Shown here piece by piece: positions 62,765 to 64,000 of a stretch of 64,000 nucleotides of DNA; the stretch's first letter is position 1; each line of letters opens with the position of its first letter. The stretch lies in NCBI RefSeq assembly GCF_006345805.1, contig NW_021832829.1, forward strand, positions 434,001-498,000. The letters are read 5' to 3'. The notes below the pieces were generated by a model. The model searched no databases. It had not been told where the DNA came from and saw nothing but the letters and a program-made list of their open reading frames with translations. The position numbers and the translations under genes were made by a program. This DNA is from Octopus sinensis. Lineage: Eukaryota.

Positions 62765-63321
62765 ATGCTACTTTCTTTGTTGTTGTGGGATGCCCATTTA
62801 TCGAATTCATTAGCCCAATTAGCTGAAGATTTCCTGCCACGAAAATTTGTTTATTTATTTTGTTGGATTCCAGGAATAATATTTAACGGGTTCACTTGGG
62901 TATTTATTTCTCTACTTATTTTATTTACAAAAAGTAGAATTCTTGCTTTTAAAATTCTATTCGGTATATCTCCTCCCAAACAAACCAAATAGTGCTGATA
63001 TTCGATGTCTGCAATGTATCTGTATTGAAATCATTATTCAAACGAGTGAGACCTACTTCCCCGTCAGTAATTGATATTTTTGTCGACTGCTATTCTTTTC
63101 CTTCTGGGCATTCCACAAGGATTTCATTGTTTTCTTTTATTTCTCTATATTATTTTGGAGGACAATTAGGTTGGGGATTGTTGGCATTTGAACTGTGTGT
63201 TTTTTCTATTTGTTTAACGAGAGTCATTGCTCGGAGACACTTTTTGCTGGACGTTTTCGCTGGATATATCTTCGGAATTGTAGAATTCTACATTCTTTTT
63301 TACATTTTTATTAATAAATAA
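62765..63321 (+). CDS. PAP2-family lipid phosphate phosphatase (PLPP6/PLPP7-like)
   Basis: KSLFKRVRP, YSFPSGH and TRVIARRHFLLDV catalytic motifs; 29-nt intron 62964-62992 joins the two ORFs in frame. Confidence 0.88.
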
Positions 63322-63329
63322 TGGTATTT

Positions 63330-63960
<631 letters not shown>

Positions 63961-64000
63961 CAAAAAAATTGCATCACAAAGCATACATTGGGGTCGATCG

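Overview
AT-rich eukaryotic (metazoan) DNA from an organism with extremely short spliceosomal introns (22-31 nt in almost every case I could reconstruct). This suggests a miniaturised animal such as a dicyemid, orthonectid or myxozoan (inference only). Most of the window is repetitive. It holds a ~14.4-kb satellite block of ~75-bp monomers in 7-mer, 13-mer and ~2.5-kb higher-order repeats, and more than a dozen CRE-clade RLE retrotransposon copies or fragments. It also has R4-like, RTE-like and other LINE remnants, plus Tc1, pogo/Tigger, Merlin-like and hAT DNA transposons, often nested with readable target-site duplications (TSDs). Host genes are a nicotinic acetylcholine receptor alpha subunit, an FBXW10-like F-box/WD40 protein, a compact Greatwall/MASTL kinase, a highly divergent Pax gene, RRS1, a PLPP6/7-like PAP2 phosphatase and a few uncharacterised genes. 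Four findings stand out. (1) An unannotated ~427-nt structured RNA gene candidate at 32187-32613 (-), with a U6-like TATA box, a terminal stem and a T6 run. (2) An apparently intact hAT transposon whose transposase is restored by four micro-introns. (3) The hierarchical satellite, which carries a TG..CA GC-hairpin-ended MITE. (4) A pair of related ~100-aa NLS-bearing proteins. All family calls come from motif recognition by eye; no searches were run.
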